64,000 bases of DNA from Octopus vulgaris. Lineage: Eukaryota. The notes beneath the pieces were generated by a model that was not told where the DNA came from, made no database searches, and saw nothing but the letters and a program-made list of their open reading frames with translations. The stretch is taken from NCBI GenBank assembly GCA_951406725.2, contig OX597817.1:21328001-21392000 (forward strand), read 5' to 3'. Shown here in pieces: positions 23,873 through 36,518 of the stretch. Every line of letters starts with the position of its first letter. Position 1 is the stretch's first letter. The position numbers and the translations under genes were made by a program.

Positions 23873-26482
23873 CTGCCTTATAAAGACTGCCTTATAAAAA
23901 TAGAAGAAATTCTAACCACATTAGAACAACACATAGGTGTGCTTCTTATGGGAGACTTCAATCTGCCCAATATCAGATGGCCCGAGGGCCTTTCTCTCCC
24001 AGGAATGACAAGATGTGAACGAGGACAGGCGAGGTCCCTCCTGAACCTCATCAACACCCTGTACATGGAGCAGGTAATACTCCAACCAACCAGGGCAGGT
24101 AACACACTGGATCTCTGCTTCACAAATGACATGGATCTCATCCATAATGTGAAAGTGACACCGACACTACTCTCGGATCACAACATGATAGAGCTGACCA
24201 TGTACGGGCCAAAAGAGAGCACGGACATGCAGCCTACAAGAAACCCTCAAAATCTTTCCAGCTTGAACTACCATAAGGCAAACTGGAAACAAATTGAGAA
24301 AGAGATCCTCAAACAAAACTGGCCTGAATGTCTCTCCTCGCCAGACATCGACGTGAAACTTCAACAATTCATGTCTGTAATGCAAGCCATATGCTACAAA
24401 TGTGTCCCAGAGAGAAAGGCCACTGTACACAAGAACAAAATCCCCAGAGAGAGGAAAATTTTAATGAGACGGCGTACGAAATTTTCAAATCGCCTAAACA
24501 AACAGATTGAAAGCAGTGAAAAGTCCCGCCTAAAAATAAAACTGTTGGAAATCGAAAAATGTCTGCAACTCTCCCATGAAAAAGAAAGAGCAGACAAAGA
24601 AGCCTGGGCTATAGAAAACATAAAATCTAACCCCAGAGCTTTCTACAGGTATGCCAAAGAAACAGCTACAGTGCACTGTAGAATAGGGCCACTCCTCGAA
24701 AAGGATGGCACACTTACAGGAAAACCAATGAGGGTAAGTGAAATACTGAATGAGCAATTCAAGAGTGTTTTCACTCCACCCCTTGGGCATCTCCAAATCA
24801 CCAATCCAACTGACTTTTTTACCACTGCAGATATAAAATCAGAGGCGGCGACGATAGATTACATCGATATAAAGGAAGACGATGTAACCAAGGCTATAGA
24901 TGAAATGAAAACAGACTCAGCTACTGGCCCCGATGGATTCCCGGCAATCCTCCTAAAAGCATGTAAGAGAGTCCTAGCAAGACCACTGCAGTTCCTCTTT
25001 CAGAGCTTCCTTGCAGCTGGCAAACTTCCAGGAAAACTGAAGGAAGGTAAAATATGCCCCATTCATAAAGGAGGTAGCAGAGCGGAAGCCAAGAACTATA
25101 GACCTATCTCTCTGACCTCACACATCAGCAAGGTCATGGAACGAATAGTCAGAAGGAAGCTGATCACCTTCCTTGAAGAGAATGACTTGCTGCCCGACAC
25201 CCAACATGGTTTCCGAGCAGGGAGAAGCTGTTTAACTCAGCTCCTACAACACTATGACTGGGTGCTGAAACGGCTGCTCAACCACTCAAATGTGGAAGTG
25301 ATATATCTCGACTTTGCAAAGGCCTTTGATAAAGTCGATCATGGAATGATATCTCACAAACTGCGTGATCTCAACATAGTTGGAAAACTGGGAGAATGGC
25401 TTCATGCCTTTCTGAAGGATAGAAGTCAGGTGGTAGTAGCCAATGGGGCCACCTCCATTAACACACAAATAGTGAGCGGTGTTCCGCAGGGCACTGTTCT
25501 GGGACCACTACTGTTCATAATGGCCCTCTCAGACATGCCCTCAGCCACGCAGAGAGCCACGATCACAAGTTATGCAGATGATACAAAAGTCTCACAGGCA
25601 ATACAGAACCCTGAGGACACTAAACACCTGCAATGTGAGCTGGACGAAATATACAAGTGGGCTGAAAAGAATAGCATGCAGTTCAATGCTGGAAAGTTTC
25701 AAGCTTTATACTATCAGCATGCAAAACTGAATGCAATACCCAATGAATACACTGGACCCGGAGGGATTGCAATCCCAGAGGCACAATCAGTGCGTGACCT
25801 TGGTATTCACATGAGTGATGACGCGACCTTTCATGTACATGTTGCTAAACTGACAATGAAATGTAGACGGCTGGCTGGATGGATTCTTAGAACCTTTAGA
25901 ACAAGAGAACAAGAAACCATGATGGTCCTCTGGAAGACACTTGTCCTAAGCCACTTTGACTATTGCTCTCAGCTATGGTCACCATCCAGTGTCAAGTTGA
26001 TCACAGAACTTGAGGCGATCCAACGAAGCTACACAAAGAAGATAGCCTCTATGCAGAATGTAAGCTACTGGGAAAGACTCAAGAGATTAAAATTATATTC
26101 CCTGGAGCGTAGGCGGGAAAGATATGCCATAATATACATCTGGAAGATCCTGGAGGGAAGTGTCCTGAACTTTGGCATCGAGAGTTACGCAAATGCCAGA
26201 ACTGGGCGCCACTGCGTGGTGCCTAGGACTCCAAACCTGCCATCAAGATGTAGGACAAGATTCTGTGATAGCCTGGGCTTCCGAGGCCCACAGCTCTTCA
26301 ATATCCTCCCGAAGAACCTGAGAGACCTGCATGGGGTGGATACAGATGTCTTTAAAATGAAGCTGGATCTCTTCCTGTCAGGTGTCCCAGATGAACCAAC
26401 TTCACGGCAGGAGGGGCAGATGAGGGCAGCTGCATCGAACTCTCTCATGCACCAAATAGCAGTTGCTAGAAAGCCTCCATGA
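23873..26482 (+). CDS. LINE ORF2: C-terminal part of AP endonuclease plus reverse transcriptase (N-terminally truncated)
   Basis: GDFNLPNIRW, PTRAGNTLDL, SDHNMI (APE). GPDGF, NYRPISLTS, QHGFR, YLDFAKAFDKV, SGVPQGTVLGPLLF, YADDTK, RDLG, LYSLERRR (RT and C-terminus). No stops over ~870 codons. The track's first 40 aa (23753-23872) are microsatellite read-through. Confidence 0.93.
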   Translation: MPYKDCLIKIEEILTTLEQHIGVLLMGDFNLPNIRWPEGLSLPGMTRCERGQARSLLNLINTLYMEQVILQPTRAGNTLDLCFTNDMDLIHNVKVTPTLLSDHNMIELTMYGPKESTDMQPTRNPQNLSSLNYHKANWKQIEKEILKQNWPECLSSPDIDVKLQQFMSVMQAICYKCVPERKATVHKNKIPRERKILMRRRTKFSNRLNKQIESSEKSRLKIKLLEIEKCLQLSHEKERADKEAWAIENIKSNPRAFYRYAKETATVHCRIGPLLEKDGTLTGKPMRVSEILNEQFKSVFTPPLGHLQITNPTDFFTTADIKSEAATIDYIDIKEDDVTKAIDEMKTDSATGPDGFPAILLKACKRVLARPLQFLFQSFLAAGKLPGKLKEGKICPIHKGGSRAEAKNYRPISLTSHISKVMERIVRRKLITFLEENDLLPDTQHGFRAGRSCLTQLLQHYDWVLKRLLNHSNVEVIYLDFAKAFDKVDHGMISHKLRDLNIVGKLGEWLHAFLKDRSQVVVANGATSINTQIVSGVPQGTVLGPLLFIMALSDMPSATQRATITSYADDTKVSQAIQNPEDTKHLQCELDEIYKWAEKNSMQFNAGKFQALYYQHAKLNAIPNEYTGPGGIAIPEAQSVRDLGIHMSDDATFHVHVAKLTMKCRRLAGWILRTFRTREQETMMVLWKTLVLSHFDYCSQLWSPSSVKLITELEAIQRSYTKKIASMQNVSYWERLKRLKLYSLERRRERYAIIYIWKILEGSVLNFGIESYANARTGRHCVVPRTPNLPSRCRTRFCDSLGFRGPQLFNILPKNLRDLHGVDTDVFKMKLDLFLSGVPDEPTSRQEGQMRAAASNSLMHQIAVARKPP

Positions 26483-26574
26483 AGTGAAACCAAGTAGCAA
26501 CACCAAATGGCGGTGCCCCAGCATGGCCACAGCTCATAAGCTGAAACTAGAATCAATCAATCAATCAATCAATC

Positions 26575-26575
<1 letters not shown>
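23873..26575 (+). mobile_element. CR1-group LINE, 5'-truncated, inserted in a (TA)n tract
   Basis: Composition changes abruptly after the (TA)n at 23872. Long ORF2, ~70-nt 3' UTR with a hairpin, (ATCA)n tail at 26552-26575, then (TA)n resumes. Confidence 0.93.
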
Positions 26576-26647
<72 letters not shown>

Positions 26648-26659
26648 AGTTTGTGTGTA

Positions 26660-26851
26660 ACCGCATGTGACTTGTTGGCGATTTTCTTCCTCCGTCTTCC
26701 CTTCTTTTTGACTTTCCTCTATTTCTGAGGAAGAACTGCTGTGTTCGAAACATTAAATCCTCTTTCATTTTCCTGGGCGTCTGATAATACATTACTTGTA
26801 ACATGTCCTCGTGTTGTTGTTTTTTTTCCTGATTGTACATCTGTGTTCGGA

Positions 26852-26860
<9 letters not shown>
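26660..26860 (+). mobile_element. short Penelope-pLTR-like element with a hammerhead-like motif
   Basis: attt-CTGAGGA-A-GAAC-tgctgt-GTTC-GAAAC-ATT-aaat at 26721-26758; T-rich tail ending in (TA)n. A related copy with an internal deletion is at 45535-45655. Confidence 0.6.
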
Positions 26861-26916
<56 letters not shown>

Positions 26917-27029
26917 CATACATACACACTCACACATATATATGTATGCATATTAAATATTTCTTCAGACCTACTACCTACCTACCTACCGAGCCTTGAC
27001 AAAAGTAAAAGAGAGGAGAGAGAGAGAGA

Positions 27030-27220
27030 GAGAAAAGGCACATGTCCCAAGTATTCGGAAACTATGGAAATACTTTTTAAAACATTTCATTTAATTTTCC
27101 CCAATTTCATTTTTTTCCATGCTTTACTCTAAGTTGAAAATGTTGAAAAGTCTGAAACCGGTACTAAAATGTTCTTAATGATAAAATTATTTTAGCATCT
27201 TCTGCCATGTCCTATGTTCC

Positions 27221-27222
<2 letters not shown>
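27030..27222 (+). mobile_element. short repeat element with a decayed U3-A8 hammerhead motif (same family as 32820-33017)
   Basis: AG-TTGAAAA..GAAACCGGTA-CT at 27132-27165, followed by AAATGTTC..ATAAAATTATTTTAGCAT, which is shared with 32962-32990. Confidence 0.6.
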
Positions 27223-27300
<78 letters not shown>

Positions 27301-27335
27301 GCATATATAAATACATATACATATATACACACATG

Positions 27336-27401
<66 letters not shown>

Positions 27402-29291
27402 TATATACATGCATATATATGTAACGGCCAATATTGTCTTAAATTGAACATTCACAGCTCGTCCTACTTATCAGGCATCACATCTAAATAAGAAATCAAC
27501 TTAGAAACTTTCGTTTCCCCATAAGCAATACCCCCACCATCATCAGCGCCATCAACGTGCTTCTCAAATTTAAATTACATAGCATCGACACCCTCACTTT
27601 CACCAATACTAACCTCCACCTGCCTCTAGTCGCACCATTATAAATAACAAGTGCCTGAATCATAAAGATGATGATCATTATCTCCACCGTCATCACTACA
27701 ACTGACATTGCCACCACCATCGGATTCCCTATAACCATCACCACCACCATTTGCATCACCTCTCCCATTAGCTCGTCCTCCACCACCATCAGCAATCTGT
27801 TTTTTTTTTTTGTTGTTGTTTTGTTTTTTGAGGAAGTTAAACTGCAACGAAGACCTAACAACCATCTCAACGATTGGCGTAGATTAAAATCTTAATTCCG
27901 TGTCACGTCTACTTCTCGTTTTATTTCATTTACTGATATGTTTTTAATGCTCTTATTCCACTAATTTGTCATACTAATAACGATTTCTTACTATCTGTCC
28001 GTCTGTGTGTGTGTCTCTCTCTCTCAGTCTGTCAGTGAGTGAATCTCTATGTCTATCAGACCACCTCCCTCACTGTCTAACTACTTAATGTGCTTTCCGT
28101 GCGAATGTCTCTTTCCGACATACTTTCATAGTCATCACCTCCTCTCCAATATCCATTCCCTCCCCCCCTCCCTTCACGCACACATGTACACACATACTCT
28201 TTCACTGTCTTCTTTCACACTCCTTTCTCCTCTCTTCCTCCACCTCTCTCTTTCACAGATACACTCTATGACTGTCTGCTCTCTCCTCTTTTTTCTCTCC
28301 CCCACTCTCCCCCTCTCCTTCTCTCTCTTTCTTCTACTCTCTCTGTACCGCACAGTCTATATCTTATTCAAGTCTACTCTCCCGAAATATTAAAGACTTA
28401 TTTACAGAAAGCCGGAGAAAATAACTCGAGTTGACCAATGTCAAGCATTTAGATAATTCAGTTAAACAATCATGTACTGAATGACGTACACAAACAATTC
28501 TACATTAACGGTAATGTTCCTCTTAGTTGGAGAAAGTGAAAAGATGCCCTAATTGTTGTTGCCTTGTATTGCATATCTGTAGTTTCTTCCTGAACTGTCA
28601 AAATTATTATGAAGATTAATACAGTCTTTTTCCTCCGATATCCATGGATCTCAGAACTGCATTGTCCTACATATCTCTTTCGAGAGATGAAGAAGTGAGA
28701 TTAGGGAGAAAGTTGGTTGGTCCTTCTAGCAGTTGAAGAACCAATGTAGGTCTCCATGGTTCGCAAAACAAACGGAAGAAAGTTTCAAGAAAAGTTTACC
28801 GAAAATTTGCTTTCTATGCTAAGGGAAAAACCCTAACATACAATATGGCCGACACAAACGTATACCATTTAATAGGTCCCACTATCGAAGCGTAGTCCTC
28901 TGAAACCAGCTTTATAGGTAGAAAGAAATGTAGAAGGAAAGAGTAATGAAGAGTTCTGTTTAAGATAATTTTCATATATTACTAAATGTGAAGAAAGAGA
29001 AAGTGTACATATGAATATATTTAGGAAATTCAGATAAAGTCTGATGTACTGAATTAAAAGAGAACCTACACGTTCTGAAATTTGTATTTATGTTTGAGAT
29101 AGAAAACAAAACATACTAGCAGTAAAACATGTTAGCAACTCTTAAATATAAAGTGAGATAATTGTTCAGAAATCATAATTTCATCGAAAATTGAATTTTC
29201 ACATTTCGTAGGAAAATATTAACTCCTGTCCAACAAACAAGCTCAAACAATCTTTGATGCACACACTCACTCACTTACACACACACACACA

Positions 29292-29374
<83 letters not shown>

Positions 29375-29768
29375 AAACGCACACACACACACATACACAT
29401 ATATAGCGTGCTCATCCAATGACCTACCTCTTTTTCCTTCTTTCACAAACAGTCTTTCCCCAGGTGTGTATATATATATAAACCTTTCAGATTTTGTCTT
29501 TCACCCATTCTTCATAATGCTATGTTTCCTTGCCACTACATATATATGTCTTTTCCTTCTATTTGTTTTTCTGCATTCTATGATACCCTCTATATATACG
29601 TACATATCACACTATTCGTAACGGATATCACTTGTCGTTTAATATCTCCATTACAACCATTCATAATTTGTTAGTAAAAGCTTCACTTTTCCTCACATAT
29701 ATAGCCATAGCTTACTCCCCTCTTTATTCTACAATCGATTCTCGTATGATCTACCTCGGCTGCATGTA

Positions 29769-30126
29769 GGGAAGCACTCCGTCGGTTACGACGATGAGGG
29801 TTCCTGTTGATCCGAATCAACGGAACAGCCTGCTCGTGAAATTAACGTGTAAGTGGCTGACCACTCCACAGACACGTGTACACTTAACGTAGTTCTCGGG
29901 GGATATTCAGCGTGACGCAGAGAGTGACAAGGTCGGCCCCTTGAAATACAGGTACAACAGAAACAGGAAGTAAGAGTGAGAGAAAGTTGTGGTGAAAGAG
30001 TACAGCAGGGATCACCACCATCCCCTGCCGGAGCCTCGTGGAGCTTTTAGGTGTTTTCGCTCAATAAACACTCACAACGCCCGGTCTGGGAATCGAAACC
30101 GCGATCCTATGACCGCGAGTCCGCTA
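29769..30126 (-). mobile_element. SINE family C (tRNA-derived), slightly 5'-truncated
   Basis: Minus-strand head GCGGACTCGCGGTCATAGGATCGCGGTTTCGATTCCCAGACCGGGC matches the + copy at 38045. Possible TSD CATGTA at 29763-29768 and 30127-30132. Confidence 0.88.
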
Positions 30127-31223
30127 CATGTATCCTCCTCATAAGCCACTCTGAGAGACCCTTCTCACATTCTTGTGATGTCACACTAACCAGATCAAAC
30201 ACTATATTAAACAATAATTCTCCATATATGCACTGTCTTTTAAGTTGTAATTTTCTGGAAATCCTCATGGTCTAAGGCTTTGTTTTTTAATGCTAACGTT
30301 GACCTAGATATGCTTAAAGTAATATCGTCAGCTATATCGACCTTCCCAGTGTGATAAATCTGGAAACATCAGGGATGCTAGCGTCCCGATATTAATAAGA
30401 TATAAAAAAAAAAAATGTCCTCCATACTTTTCATATATCTCATTGTTTATATATTTATATTTATATATATGTTTGCAATATTAAAGTAGTTTTCTCCTTT
30501 CCAATCCCTTTGTTTCTTTCTGTTAATTTTCTTTCTCTCTATCTTCATTTAATTTTGACATTATATCTCTGCTATCTCGCAAATTATATAGTTTGTTTTA
30601 TCGCCCCTAATACAGTTTTCCGTCTTTAATTCCTTTCCTAGCTCGCTCACTCATTCTCACTTTTCTATTCTTTACGTATTTATTGCTTCTTTTCTTTCTA
30701 TATCTCCTTCATCCATTCCGCCTCGTTCCTTTATATTTGTATCTCTTTCGCAACAGCTATTCTATTCTCCTTCACATTGTTCGTTATTCTGCGTCAGTCT
30801 CACTATTACATACATCATCTAATATTTTCACTCACATTCATCTCGCTGTTATACATTCATTTTCCCTCATTTTTGTCCAAGCTGTCTGTCCCATAATTTT
30901 CAATACATTCTCATCCTACTATCTTTGTCATTGTATAAATTCATTTCTAGCCTACTAACTTTCCATCATATATTCATATGCAATTGACGTTTTTTCTCCC
31001 TCTCCCGCTATCTTTCACTTAATCTATATATGATTCGTTGAGGTTTGTCAGTGTCTGAATATATTTCACTAATGTACTTTTCCTTATTTTCTTACTATCA
31101 ACCCACACAACCATTTCTCTCAATCTCTCAGTTTCTATCTCTTTCACTGCCTCCCTCTGTCTCTCTGTCTCTCTAACTCTAACACATAGTTACGCACTCA
31201 CACTACGCTATCCCACTCTACAC

Positions 31224-31288
<65 letters not shown>

Positions 31289-32324
31289 GTCTCAACTCTA
31301 TTCAGTGCCCTTCGTATCACTTTACTTTGTTTGATTTCAGTTTTCCATTCACATGACAAGTCGTACTCTATTATTCTTTATCATCCTTCGTATTTCTTTT
31401 TTTCTCATCTTTTATTGATGAATTTGTTATGGCGATGTTTACAAAATTTCCTTTTAATATTTCTTTCTACGTCCAAATCTATACGCAGTTTACATCTCCT
31501 TTCATTAAAATGAAAAAAAAACCCTTCTTCCACTATTGTCTAACATCACATTTCTTTATAACCAGTCCTTAGCATATTTCTTGCACACAAATACACTGGT
31601 ATTATATTTTACATTCCCCTTTTCTTTAACCAAGGATCATAGAAACTGCTATACAGGAATACATTCTAAAGTAACGACTAACGGAGATGCTTCTGGGTGA
31701 CCCTTGCCAGACTAGAATATTTATAAAAATCCCCCTCGAATCAACATCAGCAGGATAAAAAGAATGTTAAATAATGTATACTATATTTTCTTACACATAA
31801 GAAACGACAATATTGTCGCACCCGAACCGGGTTTATCAGATGCAACAGCAACCATAGAATTATGTATCAAAACGTGTGTATCTAGGGGACAGTTGACTCT
31901 AACAGACATAAGAAACCAAGCACACTCATTTAATATAATCGTCCTTCATACCAATGATAATAGATAATAAAATATATAGTCCTGAATGAATGTAAACTGA
32001 AAATCAAATATGGAACTTCTACGCCTGAAGAGTAATTGAACATATTTCTATGCTACTGGCGCAGAGTTGTGACAGAATTAACGTGATAAAAACTGTATTA
32101 TTTAGTATCTGATATTTAACTCTCATTTCTTACTTTCATTTCATTACAGTCGCAAAAACTTTCAAACATTAATATTCAATCCTGTAGGCAATGATAAATG
32201 GATGCATATACATACATAAATGCATACACCCCCAACACTCATATATATGCATACGTTCGCTTGTGTTTATATACACATAAAGATGTATGCGTATGTCTGT
32301 CTATATGCTTATATATATATATAT

Positions 32325-32580
32325 TTCTTCTTCTTCTTCTTCCTCTTCTTCTTCATCATCATCATTATCATCATCATCGTCGTCATCATCATCACCACAA
32401 TCATCACCACCATCTTCTCCTTCTCCTCCTTCTTCTTCTTCTTCTTCTTCTTCTTCTTCTTCATCATCATCATTATCATCATCATCGTCGTCATAATCAT
32501 CACCACCATCACCATCATCGTCATCTTCTCCTTCTCCTTCTTCTTCTTCTTCTTCTTCTTCTTCTCCTTCTACTTCTCCA
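32325..32580. repeat. compound (CTT)n(CAT)n microsatellite with a higher-order duplication
   Basis: TTCATCATCATCATTATCATCATCATCGTCGTCAT recurs about 108 bp apart. Confidence 0.85.
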
Positions 32581-32918
32581 CCCCCTACCCCTTAACTTTG
32601 TCACTAATGTTTTTTAGTATAACACCTACGCTAATTCTATAAACAAGCCTGTCAATATAAATATTCTCCTGAATTGTGCCAGCCGCCACTGACCATTCAA
32701 AATACGACCATCAGGGCACTCCCAGATTCTCCCACCCCCCTTTCCTCACCAGCCCTCTTCCTCTACTACCCTACCAAGAACTCACAACGACCTCCAACAC
32801 ACAAGTGCAAACAAGGGAGTCAGAGAAAGGCAGAATGCCACTTATATCTGAACACTACTATAGAAATATTCCTTTAAAAAAACTTTTCTTCTAATTTTTG
32901 TAAATTTAATTATTTAAT

Positions 32919-32966
32919 CGTTACAGTTGAAAAGGTCTCAAAATGACCGAAACCGGTACTGAAATG
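32919..32966 (+). ncRNA. minimal type I hammerhead ribozyme, U3-A8 core variant, within a short element (32820-33017) ending in (TA)n
   Basis: Helix I cgttacag/ctgaaatg. Core TTGAAAA (32927-32933). Helix II GGTC-tcaaaat-GACC. GAAA (32949-32952). Palindromic helix III ACCGGT. GTA cleavage triplet (32956-32958). Confidence 0.7.
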
Positions 32967-33010
32967 TTCACTATAAAATTATTTTAGCATTTTCTATTTT
33001 TGACTTGTTT

Positions 33011-33065
<55 letters not shown>

Positions 33066-34624
33066 CATACATAGAGAGAGAGATATGCATTACGAGCTTA
33101 TAATACATATATACATACATGCATACATAATACATACACACACATATATATATATAAATAAATACATATATATATATATATATATGGACACGTTAACTAT
33201 ATTTATAGAGATAGATACATTGATAAATAGACGGACAAATAGTTAGAGATGTTAGTCTATTAAAATTGCTAAATTCATAACTTGTGATAAGTCTAACAGT
33301 TTTCGTTGTTTCGCAAACATTCTAAGCTAGAAAATATGTGACCTTGTGACTTGCAGTATGCGCATGTGCATTCTTCAGAATTTAGGTCATCTTCGTTAAA
33401 GAGCCTCTTAAATAAACAACTTGCAGAGGAATTATATGCTGCCACGTTATTGTATTTTTATTTATTATTGGCCCAAATTTTAAGAAAATTATCTGATTTC
33501 AATAACAGGATATGACATCAAGACATATTTTTTACTCGGGTCATTAAGTTTTCCCGGGAATTTAATTCTTTTAAAGTTATAAATATTTACTACTTAATTG
33601 TGTTATTTATCTTCAGTTTGGCCTTGACTACGCGAACATATACGTTTTTTTTTTTATTTTCATAACCGACTTTCTTCTAACGCCCTAATTTCCAACATGG
33701 AGTCTCGCGCATTCTTGCTGTTTTATGTTGAACTAAAAAAAACTGCACGAAATATAAAATTGATGCCCTAAAGGTTACTTGATATATAGAAAAGTCAGCT
33801 TTTATCTTAGAGATAAAATTATGAAACTAGACACAATACACTTACATGTGAATTATAGCGATAAAAAGACAAAATATATTAAAAACATTATTAAAGATAC
33901 GAATATTAGTAGAGCGTTGGTTTTAATTAGCAAAAGCATGAGAGATGATGCACCAAGTTCCAATAAAATTTCATTATATATATGACCTCAAATTCTTCAG
34001 CAAATAATTCTTAAAATGTTAACAAAACAAGCAATAATCTACAAAAATATCAAAAATAAATAGCTAAATAATTAAATACATACATATATATGTAGATATA
34101 TACATATACCGTGGAATGTACTAAGTGGAATAGAATTTGATAAAATTGGAAAGAAACCACTGTGCCAAATAAAACCTATTCGACTGAAGTATTCTGTTCT
34201 TTCATTTTTCTTTTGTTTTCCTTATTTTATTGGAACCAAATGCAAATGTTGTCCGTAGAACAATATTCATCGAACGGTTGAGATCCACCAATCAAGACGA
34301 AAAGAACAAGGTGTTTGTAAACTCTCCCTCGGCAAATAATTCGGATATGGTTACCGGCTCTCTTGAACATTTGCAACTCAAAGGGTTCAGAAACAACATA
34401 CGCATAGATAAAATTTCAGAACGTCGACGCCATACGCTAGAATCGTAGGGGTAATAATTAGTATGTAATTAGTGTGGTGTTATATATATGGAAAAAAGTA
34501 TAGACCAGTGAATTTGAATAGCTTTTCTTAAGGTAGCACGAGACTAAGCCATATATGAAGAGGAGAAATAAACGTAGTAAACGAAGGAAATATATTAAAT
34601 AAACATCTAGTACAAGACTAGAAC

Positions 34625-36230
34625 TGAGAGAGTGCCTCAAAACTGGATTGATGCCATTTTAGTCTCCTTGTATAAATCGGGGCCAAAAGATCTGTGTGGT
34701 AATTTTCGTGGGATTTCGCTTTTGTCTGTGGTTGGAAAGGGACCTGCCCGCATTTTTTTACAACGCTTAACTACCTTTATAGTTTCAAATATGCTTTCTG
34801 AGTCTGAGTGTGGTTTTCGTTCCTCCAGGGGCACATCTGTTGTATCTTTACAGCCAGACAATTACAAGAAATGTGTATTGAACAGAATCTTGCTCTAAAC
34901 CATTGCTTTGTTGATTTGAGCAAAACTTTCAATACAGTTTATCGAAATGCTCTGCGGCTAATTCTAAGGAAAAGAGGTTGCCCAAGAAAAATTGTAAACA
35001 TGGTCAGGGCTTTGCATGAAGATATTAAAGCTAGAGTTAATTTTGGTGGTAGGCTATCTGAATCTTTTGCTTTCGAAATGGAGTAAAGCAAGGAGACCTT
35101 GTTGGACCTACCTGCTTTGCAGTATATTTTGTTGCTGTGTTGTCACATGCTTTTTAAAACTCTGAGAAGGGTATTTGCATAAAATTTCGAACAACAGGGA
35201 ATGTTTTTAATCTGATCAGACTAACATTCAAAACGAAGATTTTTATTTCTCTCATTAAGGAACTTTTGTACGCTCACGATTGCGATCTTGACAGTCATTC
35301 TGAAACAGTTCTGCAATCTCTTCTATCTGCCCTGGACACGGCTTGTGATGATTTTCTCTTGACCATCAACTTGATAAAAACAGTTGTAATGTATCAGCCT
35401 TCGTGTAGTGTTAAGGGAAAGTTACTTGAAGTTGTCAATTCGGACGTCTACCTTGGAAGCTCTTGACAAAATTATGGAAATCTTCATACAGAAATACAGC
35501 TGCGAATTAAAAGGGCAGCAAAAGCATTTGGTGGCTTGGAGCCACGTGTTTGGTGCTGGGAAACAAATTGGATGGTGTGGCCATATCGTTCGAATGGCAG
35601 ATAAACGCTGTTTTATGGTGAGCTTGCAGAGGAGAAACGCTTTTGGCGTAAACTAAAACAAAAAAAAAAGGTTTAAGGCTAGCATAAGGACTACTATGAA
35701 GTCGATGGCGATGGTTACAGAAGATATAGAAACCCTTGGTTTGGATTGAGTTGGATGGCGAACAAAGGTGTCGAGTTGAGTGAAAGCATTAGAAGAGGCC
35801 AAGATAACACAAGTAAGATTCAAAAGAGATCTAAGGAAGAATATAACGATCGGAAAGGTGAATGACAATGACCTTTTTGTGTGCACAGTGTGTGACAGAC
35901 CATGCCTGTCTTTTGCTGGCGTCAAATTTCATCTGCGAACGCATGGAAAACAAACCTCCACCAACTAGTCTGCCTATGTGTCTGTGCACACCTTCGAATG
36001 CAGTGCATGCCAGGTTTTCAAATCCAATGGAGGACTCAAGAGACATTTTAAGATCCACAAAGAGCAGAACATATCAGCAGCTCTTGGTTGTCGAAATTGG
36101 AGATGCAATCTATGTGGGTGTCTTTTCAGAACATTGTCCGGTTTAAAAAGCCAGATCAGACGCCGTGGCGGTGCTAATCTTTAGATACAGGAGCTGGTCA
36201 AACTCTGCATAATAGACCACCACCGCGTAT
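34625..36230 (+). mobile_element. RTE-clade (BovB-like) LINE, 5'-truncated and decayed, with C-terminal C2H2 zinc fingers
   Basis: Frameshifted pieces: VPQNWIDAILVSLYK..CGNFRGISLLSVVGK, SESECGFRSSRG, IFTARQLQEMCIEQN, CFVDLSKTFNTV, GVKQG, LLYAHD (decayed YADD), VYLGS, WCGHIVRM, then CxxC..HxxxH repeats. Confidence 0.9.
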
Positions 36231-36406
36231 ATATGTACGAATGCCTGAAAGTGTGTATATTAAGAATGTCTATGGTAATACTTATGCGTGTGTGAGCATG
36301 CTTGTATCAGCAAATTCATAGAGAAAGTAAATAAAAGATACGGAGACAAGCTTCATGCGCGTGCGCGACTATACGCATTCACAAGCACGCACATACGTGT
36401 GTGTGG

Positions 36407-36471
<65 letters not shown>

Positions 36472-36481
36472 TAAGTGTGTG

Positions 36482-36518
<37 letters not shown>

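Noticed and set aside
34230-34448. 72-aa ORF after a polypyrimidine tract
   Set aside because: No recognisable domain and ambiguous splice signals.
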